Part shown: positions 31,730 to 40,926 of the stretch, one piece after another
Numbering within the stretch: position 1 is the stretch's first letter
Layout of the letters: each line of letters begins with the position of its first letter
Assembly (NCBI GenBank): GCA_044240195.1
Contig: JBIHZX010000001.1
Coordinates: 135,576-199,575, forward strand
Length of the DNA stretch: 64,000 bases
Direction of reading: 5' to 3'
From: Candidatus Nanopelagicales bacterium
Lineage (GTDB): Bacteria; Actinomycetota; Actinomycetes; S36-B12
Program-made: the position numbers and the translations under genes
The notes under the pieces: model-generated
The model's database searches: none
Seen by the model: only the letters and a program-made list of their open reading frames with translations
Told to the model about the DNA's origin: nothing

Positions 31730-32794
31730 GTGCCAATCCATGCATCAATCGCAGTGCTGGCGACCGATTGCGATCTCGCCAAAGTAGTTGCCCAACAGAT
31801 AGGCCAGCACCAGAGTTTTATCGCTCACAATCATGCCGACAACAATGAGGCTGACCCGGCAATCACTTTCGGGAGTATCTCCACACTCGCTGCGTTCGCG
31901 GCAGAACCCGAGTTGTTCGATCCACCCCAGCTCGGTTCCTATTTGGCTTGGGGTGCCGACATTGCGCTGCTGGTCGTCAACAGCTCAATAGGTCTTGATG
32001 GCGCAACAATCAAGTACGCCCAGGAGGTCTCACAACTCCACCCACTGATGGTTGCAATAACTGGGCTGGATTCCCCGCGATCAAACTTTGATGAAACCCT
32101 GGCAGTGATCTCACGCGTGATGGATCAGCACCACCACGCCGTTGCAATGACGTTGCCCGTCCTCTCAGAGTCTGGATCCTTGGCTGACTCTGACGTCGGC
32201 GGGATCCTTGACCTAGTGGACTTGGAGATCAGGGTTCCAGGGCCAGATGGTGGATCGATTTCACATGAACTTGAGCAAGGACACTATGACTTGATTGAAT
32301 CACACTTAGAAGCGCTCACAAATGCTGTCGTCGTTACCAGCACAGATGAAAGTTTGATTCATTCGATTCTTGACCATGGCTTTGAATCCGCTGATCAATT
32401 GCGCGAGCAGCTTCTCAATGCAACAGCCCGTCGCGAGATAATTCCCGTTTTTGCAATCGCTGACTCAATCGGAATTCACGAAGTTGCCAAATTCGCATGT
32501 GAATTAAACTGTGAACCTTGGACGCCAGCACCTGTTCGTGGCGAAGAGTTTCTCGCCTCGATGTTAGGGAACGGGCGCGTACGTGTTTGGCAAGGCGAAC
32601 TTACAACTGGTGCCCATTTTGCTGACAATGTGAAAATTGAGATCACCGAGATTCGCACGCTTAGTGGAGCAAAGAAAGCGACCTCATTCGCTGGCGAGAT
32701 AGTCGAAATTTTGGCCGATCCAGAGGCGCCCGCAGGTAGCACAATTAGTTCCGAGAAATCCAACCCTCTAGTAATAAATCACGTGTTTGAGTAA
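31730..32794 (+). CDS. EF-G-like protein, truncated (G/G' and domain II only) with degenerate GTPase motifs
   Basis: 354 aa. LLVVNSSIGLDGATIKYAQEVSQLHPLMVAITGLD and GRVRVWQGELTTGAHF...AGEIVEI resemble the EF-G G domain and domain II. The P-loop position reads VLATDCDLAKV and NKxD reads TGLD. See findings. Confidence 0.6.
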   Translation: MPIHASIAVLATDCDLAKVVAQQIGQHQSFIAHNHADNNEADPAITFGSISTLAAFAAEPELFDPPQLGSYLAWGADIALLVVNSSIGLDGATIKYAQEVSQLHPLMVAITGLDSPRSNFDETLAVISRVMDQHHHAVAMTLPVLSESGSLADSDVGGILDLVDLEIRVPGPDGGSISHELEQGHYDLIESHLEALTNAVVVTSTDESLIHSILDHGFESADQLREQLLNATARREIIPVFAIADSIGIHEVAKFACELNCEPWTPAPVRGEEFLASMLGNGRVRVWQGELTTGAHFADNVKIEITEIRTLSGAKKATSFAGEIVEILADPEAPAGSTISSEKSNPLVINHVFE

Positions 32795-33248
32795 GTAGCT
32801 GGGGAAGCACCTTTGTCTCACCGATAACCGGCATGAAGTTCGCATCCCCTCCCCAACGTGGAACAACATGTTGATGAAGGTGGCCGGCAATCCCGGCTCC
32901 TGAGATTGAACCTTGGTTCATCCCTAGATTAAAACCTTGTGCACCAGAAATAGCACGCAAAGTCTCCATTGCTTCTTGAGTGAGCACGGCGATTTCACCG
33001 CGCTCAATATCGGTCAACTCCGTGTAATCGGCTACGTGCCGATACGGGCAAATCAACAGGTGACCTGCGTTATACGGGTACAGATTAAGAACGACATAGG
33101 CCACTTCTCCGCGGTGAGCAATCAGATCCAACTCACCAGTCCCGTCAAGTTCCGGCGCAACACAAAACGGGCAGGCATCAGGATTGTTGCCCCCACGCAA
33201 ATACTCCAACCGGTGGGGCGTGTAAATCCGATCCCAGGACTGTGTCAC
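32745..33248 (-). CDS. HIT family protein (Ap4A phosphorylase-like)
   Basis: The in-frame GTG at 33248 lies 1 nt after the thrS stop. It has the histidine triad GHLHQHVVPRW. The track ORF (to 33374) would overlap thrS. Confidence 0.85.
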   Translation of the reverse strand: MTQSWDRIYTPHRLEYLRGGNNPDACPFCVAPELDGTGELDLIAHRGEVAYVVLNLYPYNAGHLLICPYRHVADYTELTDIERGEIAVLTQEAMETLRAISGAQGFNLGMNQGSISGAGIAGHLHQHVVPRWGGDANFMPVIGETKVLPQLLTQTRDLLLEGWISRN

Positions 33249-33249
33249 T

Positions 33250-35256
33250 TCAGACCTGCACGCGATTAGCGATCGCCGAAACAATCTCGTCAATGGCGTC
33301 GGCGATAGCAACGCCATTCTTTTGAGTTCCATCACGGTACCGGAATGACACCGCTCCAGCAGCAACATCCTCATCGCCAGCGATCAGCATGAAAGGCACC
33401 TTCTGTTTTTGAGCATTGCGAATCTTTTTCTGCATGCGGTCATCGGATGAATCAACGTCGATTCGGATCCCGTGCGAACGCATTTGCCCAGCGATTCCCT
33501 CAAGATAATCAACATGTGCATCAGAAATGGGGATACCTTCAACCTGCACGGGGGCCAGCCACGGTGGGAACGCGCCTGCGTAATGCTCAAGCAGGACCGC
33601 AAAAAAGCGTTCAATAGAGCCAAACAGCGCACGGTGCACCATGATCGGTCGCTGCTTTGTTCCGTCGGAGCCTTGATACTCCAAATCAAATCTTTGTGGC
33701 AATTGGAAATCCACCTGAATGGTAGACATTTGCCAGGTCCGACCGATGGCATCTTTAGCTTGAACCGAAATCTTTGGTCCATAGAAGGCTGCGCCGCCTT
33801 CGTCGAGAACCAATTCCAAATTTTGTTTTTCCGCAGCCAATCGGAGAAACTCCGTGGCTACTTCCCACTCCTCATCGGTGCCAACACATTTTTCCGGGTT
33901 CTTGGTAGAAAGTTCGAGATAAAAATCCGTAAGTCCGTAATCACGGAGCAGACCCAAGACAAAGTCCAACAGGGAATTCAATTCCCCGGGTAATTGTTCA
34001 AGGGTGCAATAAATGTGGGCGTCGTCTTGGGTGAAACCGCGAGCGCGAGTCAAGCCATGAACAACGCCTGATTTCTCATACCGATAGACAGTTCCAAATT
34101 CAAAGAGGCGCAATGGAAGTTCACGGTACGAGCGTCCGCGGGCCGAGAAAATCAAGTTATGCATCGGGCAGTTCATCGGCTTTAGGTAATAGTCAGCACC
34201 TTGGCGTTTCACCTGTCCGTCAGGGTGATATTCCGCGTCCAGGTGCATCGGTGGATACATGCCGTCCGAGTACCAGTCGAGGTGACCAGATTTCTCGAAC
34301 AGTGCGCCTTTGGTGATGTGAGGGGTGTTAACAAATTCGTAGCCTGCTTCTTCATGCCGCCGACGGGAATAGTCCTCCATTACTCGACGAACAACTCCAC
34401 CTTTCGGGTGGAAAACAGCAAGCCCTGATCCGACTTCTTCGGGAAATGAAAACAAATCCAATTCGGAACCGAGCTTGCGGTGATCGCGCTTCTCAGCCTC
34501 GGACAAAAACTCTAAATAACCGCGCAGTTCCTCTTTACTCGGCCAGGCAGTTCCATAAAGCCTCTGCATGGATTCCTGTTTTTGATCTCCCAACCAGTAC
34601 GCGGCTGAGGATCGCATAACTTTTATCGCGTTTTGCGGAATATACGAAGTATCGGGCACGTGAGGTCCACGGCACAGATCACTCCAACAGGTCTCACCTG
34701 TTTTTGCATCAACGTTGTCATAGATCGTGAGATCAGCACCCCCTACTTCCATCACATCGGGGTCAAGAACCTGCGCGCCCGTGTCTGATCCAATCAAGCG
34801 CAACTTAAACGGCTCACTCGCGAGTTCAATAACAGCTTCATCGCGTGACACAACTCGCCGGCTAAAGCGCTGGCGAGATTTAATGATGCTCACCATCTCT
34901 TTTTCAATCGCCTCAAGATCTTCCGGCTTGAAGGGCTCGGGCACGTCAAATTCGTAATAGAAACCGTCGGTGATGGGTGGACCTATTCCCAATTTGGCAC
35001 TTGGAATCAACTTTTGGGTGGCCTGCGCGGCAACGTGCGCGGCTGAGTGGCGCAGGATCGCTAAACCTTCAGGGCTGCCAATGTGAACTCCTGAGACCGT
35101 GTCGCCCTCGTGTAGGGGCGCCGAAAGATCAACGATCACTCCGTTTACAACAGCAGCTACCACCCCGCTTTGCTTAGGAAACAAATCGGCTGAGCTAGCC
35201 CCAGCGGGAAGATCACCGATGCGCGAATCGGGTCCTTCAACAACTGTGACCTGCAC
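33250..35256 (-). CDS. thrS: Threonine--tRNA ligase
   Basis: 668 aa. It has a TGS domain and an editing domain, class II core motifs ([11 protein letters not shown]) and an anticodon-binding C-terminus. Confidence 0.95.
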   Translation of the reverse strand: MQVTVVEGPDSRIGDLPAGASSADLFPKQSGVVAAVVNGVIVDLSAPLHEGDTVSGVHIGSPEGLAILRHSAAHVAAQATQKLIPSAKLGIGPPITDGFYYEFDVPEPFKPEDLEAIEKEMVSIIKSRQRFSRRVVSRDEAVIELASEPFKLRLIGSDTGAQVLDPDVMEVGGADLTIYDNVDAKTGETCWSDLCRGPHVPDTSYIPQNAIKVMRSSAAYWLGDQKQESMQRLYGTAWPSKEELRGYLEFLSEAEKRDHRKLGSELDLFSFPEEVGSGLAVFHPKGGVVRRVMEDYSRRRHEEAGYEFVNTPHITKGALFEKSGHLDWYSDGMYPPMHLDAEYHPDGQVKRQGADYYLKPMNCPMHNLIFSARGRSYRELPLRLFEFGTVYRYEKSGVVHGLTRARGFTQDDAHIYCTLEQLPGELNSLLDFVLGLLRDYGLTDFYLELSTKNPEKCVGTDEEWEVATEFLRLAAEKQNLELVLDEGGAAFYGPKISVQAKDAIGRTWQMSTIQVDFQLPQRFDLEYQGSDGTKQRPIMVHRALFGSIERFFAVLLEHYAGAFPPWLAPVQVEGIPISDAHVDYLEGIAGQMRSHGIRIDVDSSDDRMQKKIRNAQKQKVPFMLIAGDEDVAAGAVSFRYRDGTQKNGVAIADAIDEIVSAIANRVQV

Positions 35257-35298
35257 TGGGCTCCTTCAATGAATTCGGCACAACATCTACGGTTTCGG

Positions 35299-35370
<72 letters not shown>

Positions 35371-35547
35371 GAAACTGCGCCTAACCGTACTACTTGGGAG
35401 CGTTGTCGGGCTTTTGGCCGTGCGCCGACGAGAATCCTCGCCTATTCAGGGCGTGAATACAGGTCTTTCCCGGACTTTGGGTCTACCGTGGTGGATACGA
35501 GAACGATTCGCCACCTGTGTTTACAACACACCCGAAGGAGTTATTCC

Positions 35548-37053
35548 ATGCAAATTTCCCCCCGATTACGCCGCACCATTGGTGTGCTGGCAAGCGTGAC
35601 CCTGGCAATGGGAGCGATTACAGTCGCAAGCCCTGCGGCACACGCCGACACGACACTCAGCGGTCCTTCGACCGCCAATATCTCCCAGTCCGTAACCTTC
35701 GTATTTACGTTACCGCCAGAGGGTCAGCTGCAGCTCCAGGACAACACCGGGCAAGTTTGGTCATCCGTAACAACAGGGGTTGGCTATTCGAGTGTGAACT
35801 TTAGTTTCACAACACCCGCTTCAGCCGCGACACTTTCACTCTCGGTGTGGAATGTGAGCACACAAGCTTTCATCTCGAATTCTGTCCCCTTAGTAGTTGG
35901 TGGTGCTGTTTCAACTACAACCACCATCAGCGCCCCGAATACTGCAACCATTGGTCAGTCAACGACGATCAATGTCAATGTGACGAGCGGCGGGGGTAGC
36001 CAATACACCCCAGCCGGTCAAGTTCGTTTGACCGACGCCAGTGGGGCTCAGTACGTCATAATGAATCTCACTGCTGGACCAGCTGCCGGGCAATCCTTCG
36101 CCTACTATCGCTGGACACCAGCAACCGCAGGAACCTTCCTCTTCATTGCAACCTTTGTTCCTGCAGCAGGAAGCCAAGCATCGGCTTCAACATCCGTACA
36201 AGACGCAGTACTCGCAACGCCCTCGGGTAATACGATTTCCCTAACGGCTCCGCCCAATTTGAGTGTGGGTGTACCGATTACTTTGGTTGCGAACGTTTAC
36301 CCGGCAAATACCCAAGGATCAGTTGGATTCAACGTCAATGGCGCTTGGATCAGTGCTTCGATTCCCCTAGTGAATGGACGAGCTACATTCTCGTGGACGC
36401 CAACAACTGCTGGATCAGTAACGCTTGGCGCGAGTTACACGACAAATACTGGCGGATCCGGTTCTACAACTGATGTCGTCACTGTGAACGCCCCGACGTC
36501 AACGGATGTAATCACTCTTGTGCAACCAGGTTGGGGCAACTGGTCAAATGGCGGTAGTTACAACATGGGCAACGGTTCCAATTTTGCCTTCCAGGCAAGT
36601 ACCCTTTCCGGCGCTCCTGTAACACTCAGTGAGAATGGCCCATGCCAAATCTCCGGGTTGACACTTTCGGTGAATTCGGGATCCGGCAACTGCATCATGA
36701 AGGCGGTATCACCGGGCGGCAATGGTTATGCGGGTGTCACATACACCTACAACATTAATCTTGTCCCAGGAACCCAAACGGCTAATATCGCAGCTCCTCC
36801 TTCCGGTTCATACAAAACTGGTCGAGCCTTGGTACTGGAGTCACCTAATGCAACTGATACCAACGCGGGGCAAAACATCATTTGGGTAATCAAAAAGGGT
36901 GGCAAGAAGCATTGCGCTCTTCTCTACCCAAGCTCGGGAGCAGTTACCTTGAGAATTAAGAACAGGGGAACCTGCACCGTGATTGGAAATGCTCCCGGAG
37001 TTGCCGGCCAATGGCAGCCATTCCAAACAGCCCGCAACTACACGGGTCGTTAA
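35548..37053 (+). CDS. Secreted Ig-like domain repeat protein
   Basis: The start is set at the ATG at 35548, behind GAAGGAG. The signal peptide is MQISPRLRRTIGVLASVTLAMGAITVASPAAHA. The rest is Thr/Ser/Gly-rich beta-repeat units with recurring W.P..AG patterns. Confidence 0.75.
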   Translation: MQISPRLRRTIGVLASVTLAMGAITVASPAAHADTTLSGPSTANISQSVTFVFTLPPEGQLQLQDNTGQVWSSVTTGVGYSSVNFSFTTPASAATLSLSVWNVSTQAFISNSVPLVVGGAVSTTTTISAPNTATIGQSTTINVNVTSGGGSQYTPAGQVRLTDASGAQYVIMNLTAGPAAGQSFAYYRWTPATAGTFLFIATFVPAAGSQASASTSVQDAVLATPSGNTISLTAPPNLSVGVPITLVANVYPANTQGSVGFNVNGAWISASIPLVNGRATFSWTPTTAGSVTLGASYTTNTGGSGSTTDVVTVNAPTSTDVITLVQPGWGNWSNGGSYNMGNGSNFAFQASTLSGAPVTLSENGPCQISGLTLSVNSGSGNCIMKAVSPGGNGYAGVTYTYNINLVPGTQTANIAAPPSGSYKTGRALVLESPNATDTNAGQNIIWVIKKGGKKHCALLYPSSGAVTLRIKNRGTCTVIGNAPGVAGQWQPFQTARNYTGR

Positions 37054-37070
37054 ACACAATCACCCAAGTC

Positions 37071-37113
37071 AACTGGGCGAAGCTCCTACGGGAGTTTCGC
37101 CCAGTTTTCTTTG
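37071..37113 (+). terminator. Intrinsic terminator after the Ig-like gene (16-bp stem, TACG tetraloop, T-tract)
   Basis: aactgggcgaagctcc-tacg-ggagtttcgcccagtt pairs fully (one G-U pair) and is followed by ttctttg. The right arm and loop also encode the last codons of the convergent pabC-like gene. Confidence 0.55.
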
Positions 37114-37901
37114 TCCAGCGCAACGCGAATCTCATAACCGGCCACAATCTCACGCAATGTTTCATCCGCTGAATTCAATTCTCTATCAACAAATAACTCA
37201 ATTGGTTGGATACCACGAGTGCTGGAAAGCAGTGCAGCAGCATTAGCGCTACCCAGTAAGACCTCATCGATTGATACTTCCCGCACCGAACATGACTCCA
37301 GTACCACTTGGCGAGTAATACCAGGCAGACAACCTGAACTTAAAGGTGGCGTAATTGCTTCACCGTCGACAACGATCACGATGTTGCTTGTTGCCGCCTC
37401 AGAAAGTTGACCAGCATTATCAAAGAAAAGGGTTTCGGAGAAATTCATTCCTCTTGCCCAACTAAGCGCGACCGCATTCTCAGCGTAGGAAGCAGACTTA
37501 GCGCCAGTGATCGTCGAATTCACATTTCGAGTCCATGGTGAGATATTTACGCTGACGCGTGCTGGCCATGGAGTGAACTCGACCAATGACAACAGTAATT
37601 GCGGTTTGGGCACCCCGCCATAAAGTGTGATTCGTAAACGACCAAGTGCGTCATGATGCGATCCGAGCAGTTGCCTAATGCCAGTTGTGATCCCATCAGA
37701 ATCCGGCGGAACAATTCCTAGGATCTCACATGAATTTTTTAGTCGTGCAAGGTGCAAATCAAGAAATTGTGGCACCTCCTCTTTGACCAAGATCGTTTCA
37801 AATACACCCTGGCCCGTTAAAACTTCATGGGTTGCCTCAAGGGATGAATGCTCTTCCCAGTTTCCACTTCGGAAAACAATGGTTGTCATGATGGATTCCA
37901 A
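37086..37901 (-). CDS. pabC: Aminodeoxychorismate lyase-like class IV aminotransferase
   Basis: 271 aa with the class IV fold pattern (TSNIVIVVDGEAITPPLSSGCLPGITRQ). There is a 16-nt overlap with the end of pabB. Confidence 0.7.
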   Translation of the reverse strand: MESIMTTIVFRSGNWEEHSSLEATHEVLTGQGVFETILVKEEVPQFLDLHLARLKNSCEILGIVPPDSDGITTGIRQLLGSHHDALGRLRITLYGGVPKPQLLLSLVEFTPWPARVSVNISPWTRNVNSTITGAKSASYAENAVALSWARGMNFSETLFFDNAGQLSEAATSNIVIVVDGEAITPPLSSGCLPGITRQVVLESCSVREVSIDEVLLGSANAAALLSSTRGIQPIELFVDRELNSADETLREIVAGYEIRVALDKENWAKLP

Positions 37902-38932
37902 TTTTGCTCAGCAATACTGGAAAGATGTCGCGCCTTCAATTGCGTTTCCTCCCACTCAGTTTGTGGATTCGAACCCCACGTGATTCCCGCTCCCGTTCCA
38001 AACTTAAGCAACCCAGAATCAACCCAGAAAGTTCTAATGGCGACGGCGAGGCGTGCGGTTTTTTTATCTGCATCGATCCACCCAAACGCCCCGCAATAGG
38101 GGCCGCGATCCTCAGGTTCAAGTGAATCAATAATGTCAAGGGCAGCGATTTTTGGTGCCCCGGCAATTGAACCGGGCGGAAACGTTGCCTCAATAATTTT
38201 TGACCATTCGAAGTGCTGTGATACTTCTCCCTGTACCGTTGAAACAAGATGTACCAATCCCGGGTGCTGTTGGACTTCGAGTAGGTCAACAGCCTTAACG
38301 CTTCCAACATCACAGCACCGCGAAAGATCGTTGCGAACTAAATCGACGATCATGATGTTCTCCGCGCGATCCTTGTCCAACAACCCGCTGGCGCTTACAG
38401 CGGTTCCCTTGATGGGCTTTGACACCAACCGTGCACCCTCCCTAGAGAGGTAAAGTTCAGGGCTCGCGCAAGCAATGTGAACTCCCACCTCGGCGATGCG
38501 TAGTGCGCCCGCAAAAGGCGCATAATTCCCGCCGGCGAGTAGTGCATCGAGTGCCATAATGTCTGAGTGTGGATCACACACATTGCTTCTGATCCGACAA
38601 ATATTGACTTGATATACGTTTCCTCGTGAAATCGCGCTTCGAGTGGTTTCAACGGCCTTCTCATACAATTCTTGATCCATTGACGTGGTCCACGTTGAAC
38701 TATCAACACCTAACCAAGAACCAATCGTTGCTTCCCGAGGCTCACTCTCCCACGATGCAAAGCGGGCGAAGACTGGTTCTCCCGAAAAGGGAATCATTAC
38801 TGCCCAACGACCGCCACCTTGGATTGACTCGATGTCGTGGCTGAGTTCAGCCAGGTCATAGGCGTATTCGTCCCCAAATCGAGCCATTGGTATCGCGGTT
38901 GCGCCCAAATTCGGTGCACCTGGCTCGTTCAT
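37886..38932 (-). CDS. pabB: Aminodeoxychorismate synthase component I (chorismate-binding enzyme)
   Basis: It has the chorismate-binding C-terminal motifs GAPKIAALDIIDSLEPEDRGPYCGAFGWI and GAGITWGSNPQTEWEE. The start is set at the ATG at 38932, because the track ORF runs into tRNA-Gly. Confidence 0.8.
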   Translation of the reverse strand: MNEPGAPNLGATAIPMARFGDEYAYDLAELSHDIESIQGGGRWAVMIPFSGEPVFARFASWESEPREATIGSWLGVDSSTWTTSMDQELYEKAVETTRSAISRGNVYQVNICRIRSNVCDPHSDIMALDALLAGGNYAPFAGALRIAEVGVHIACASPELYLSREGARLVSKPIKGTAVSASGLLDKDRAENIMIVDLVRNDLSRCCDVGSVKAVDLLEVQQHPGLVHLVSTVQGEVSQHFEWSKIIEATFPPGSIAGAPKIAALDIIDSLEPEDRGPYCGAFGWIDADKKTARLAVAIRTFWVDSGLLKFGTGAGITWGSNPQTEWEETQLKARHLSSIAEQNWNPS

Positions 38933-39034
38933 GACGATAGCCTGCCCGGGTCCTCTAGAGCCCTCCGCTTTGGGCCTGTCATTCGTAATCAGATAGTGTT
39001 TGATCTCGCTTGTTGGGCACATGCCCGTGAGTGT

Positions 39035-39107
39035 GCGGACGTAGCGCAGCTGGTAGCGCATCACCTTGCCAAGGTGAGGGTCGCGGGTTCGAATCCCGTC
39101 GTCCGCT
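39035..39107 (+). tRNA. tRNA-Gly (anticodon GCC)
   Basis: 73-nt cloverleaf: GCGGACG acceptor, anticodon arm TCACC-TTGCCAA-GGTGA, T arm GCGGG-TTCGAAT-CCCGT. Confidence 0.9.
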
Positions 39108-39138
39108 CGAAGGGTTAGCGAGTATCACAAACCCGTCT

Positions 39139-39209
39139 GGTGGAGTGGCCGAGAGGCGAGGCAACGGCCTGCAAAGCCGTGTACACGGGTTCAAATCCCG
39201 TCTCCACCT
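39139..39209 (+). tRNA. tRNA-Cys (anticodon GCA)
   Basis: 71-nt cloverleaf: GGTGGAG acceptor, anticodon arm ACGGC-CTGCAAA-GCCGT, T arm ACGGG-TTCAAAT-CCCGT. Confidence 0.9.
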
Positions 39210-39247
39210 CTCACAAGCAAGACCACAACTGAATTCACCACCGCAAC

Positions 39248-39320
39248 GGGCGATTGGCGCAGGGGTTAGCGCGCTTCCTTGACATGGAAGAGGTCACAGG
39301 TTCGATTCCTGTATCGCCCA
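39248..39320 (+). tRNA. tRNA-Val (anticodon GAC)
   Basis: 73-nt cloverleaf: GGGCGAT acceptor, anticodon arm CTTCC-TTGACAT-GGAAG, T arm ACAGG-TTCGATT-CCTGT. Confidence 0.9.
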
Positions 39321-39325
39321 CTTAC
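39301..39325 (+). repeat. attL-like direct repeat (T-loop to 3' end of tRNA-Val(GAC) plus 5 nt)
   Basis: ttcgattcctgtatcgcccacttac matches 49929-49953 at 23 of 25 positions in direct orientation. Confidence 0.65.
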
Positions 39326-39690
39326 AGCCAGCCTTGAGGCACCGCTGGGGCCTAAAATCCTCCCATAGTCGTGTGCGTAATAATTGCGCTTGATTAAACC
39401 CCGGCTATTCGCAATCCAAAAGCTTTCAATAGGTTGTACCGAATACTGGAATTCTTCCAGATTAGAAATGAAACTTCTTAGGCTGGGTCTCACAGGGGAG
39501 TCGAGGCTATTGAACCGCGCTCTCTCGAGTTAAGCAACCAACGGCAGCACAAAATTGAACTAAACATCCTCGGGATCCATACAGACGCGTAAGGTCCTTG
39601 CATCGCTTCCATAGCAACCCATGGCAATTGAAGTAGAACAAACAAGGGACTAACCAAAGATTCAGTTTGGCTCATTGCGATATCAAAAAG

Positions 39691-39699
39691 TGACATAAT
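39691..39699 (+). promoter_or_regulatory. Candidate extended -10 element (tgaCATAAT) for a leaderless PucR-family regulator transcript
   Basis: A TGn + CATAAT element ends 6 nt before the GTG start at 39706. There is no Shine-Dalgarno sequence upstream of that start. Confidence 0.3.
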
Positions 39700-39705
39700 G
39701 CATTT

Positions 39706-40926
39706 GTGTCAAGTAGCGCATTCCATGACGAACCCGCGCTTGAAACTCATGAATTTCAACGTGATATTTTCGCCTTTGCTAACCACCTTGCATGGCACGT
39801 GGGCGGGCCGATAACTATTGAAGACCCATCTTGGCGAATAATTGCCTACTCAACGATCCATCAACGCATCGATGAGGCACGCCGCCGCACGATTCTCAGT
39901 CACGAAGTCCCTAAGGAATATCAAACTCTCCTCGATCAACATGGCGTTGCTAAGAGATTTCTGGCCGGAGACAATGCCGTGGAGATTCCGGCAGACTCTG
40001 ATCTGGCTTTCGCCCGACGAATAGCAGTCCCAGTAAGAATTCAAGGCGTTGTCGTCGGATCAATCTGGGTGGCGGAGTCCAACAACGATCTCAGTCCGGA
40101 CGCTACTGAGTTTCTCCAGGCGGCCTCCGGGCCTGCAAGTTACTTCTTCCGAGTTGAAAGCCACGCCCGTCAGAGAGAGTCGGAAGTATTTCTTAAGATG
40201 CTGGTCGACGGGACTGATGACAACATCTTCCTTGCAGAATATTTCGGTTTCAACTCAAAATCCAGCACACGCGTCCTCGCTGTTTGGCATGGCGGAGACT
40301 TGGGTCTTCGCGATCAATTAATCCACATCGCAGAGGTCGCTAGTCGGGAAGTCGGAATAGACACGCTATCGCTAACCCAAGGCAAAACCGCGTACTTCGT
40401 TGCCTACATGATGCACGCTAAAGATGACTTCGAGGAGTGCACGGAAAAAGTTGCATCTAGGCTGTCAAGTGTTGCAGAAAATCTAGTTGTGGGCCTTGGA
40501 GTCACCGTGTCCCAAGTGCAAGACATCCCGAGATCGAGACAAGAGGCGGATCTTGTCGTTACCTACCTCAGGCACCAATCCAAGGAACGTGTCGCGAGCA
40601 TGGACTCAGTTCGCACCGGAGTCACTCTGATGCTCGTTGCCGAAGTCTTGCGCAATCAATTGAAACCTATGCTTGGTCTGCAGGCATTTTCTAATTTGGG
40701 GGCAGCTGACCGCGAAGAAGTATTAAGTACCTTAGATCTGTTTTTTGAGCACATGGGTAACGCTGCCGAAGCGGCCCGGCGATTACACCTTCATCCAAAC
40801 TCATTTCGCTATCGACTGAACAAGATCTCGGACATTCTCAATGTCGATCTAAGCGACAGGAAGACACGACAGTTACTGGAACTACAAATACTTCTCGAAG
40901 CCTACTCAGACCTAAGTGATGGATGA
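39706..40926 (+). CDS. PucR-family transcriptional regulator
   Basis: 406 aa. The C-terminal PucR-type HTH reads AAEAARRLHLHPNSFRYRLNKISDIL, and the N-terminal part looks like a GAF-like sensor domain. Confidence 0.8.
   Translation: MSSSAFHDEPALETHEFQRDIFAFANHLAWHVGGPITIEDPSWRIIAYSTIHQRIDEARRRTILSHEVPKEYQTLLDQHGVAKRFLAGDNAVEIPADSDLAFARRIAVPVRIQGVVVGSIWVAESNNDLSPDATEFLQAASGPASYFFRVESHARQRESEVFLKMLVDGTDDNIFLAEYFGFNSKSSTRVLAVWHGGDLGLRDQLIHIAEVASREVGIDTLSLTQGKTAYFVAYMMHAKDDFEECTEKVASRLSSVAENLVVGLGVTVSQVQDIPRSRQEADLVVTYLRHQSKERVASMDSVRTGVTLMLVAEVLRNQLKPMLGLQAFSNLGAADREEVLSTLDLFFEHMGNAAEAARRLHLHPNSFRYRLNKISDILNVDLSDRKTRQLLELQILLEAYSDLSDG

Noticed and set aside
33249-33374. N-terminal extensions of track ORFs that overlap upstream genes. 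Examples are HIT into thrS, ruvA into ruvC, ruvC toward 24666, rluB into scpB, scpB into scpA, the permease into the ATPase and the GNAT into the deacylase.
   Set aside because: In each case an internal ATG or GTG gives the family-typical N-terminus. That start also has an RBS or an ATGA/GTGA-type junction with the upstream stop. The longest-ORF extension is therefore an artefact.
38837-39493. Track ORFs 38837-39118, 38979-39194, 39031-39282 and 39266-39493.
   Set aside because: They read through the tRNA-Gly, tRNA-Cys and tRNA-Val genes. The tRNA cloverleaves explain the sequence.
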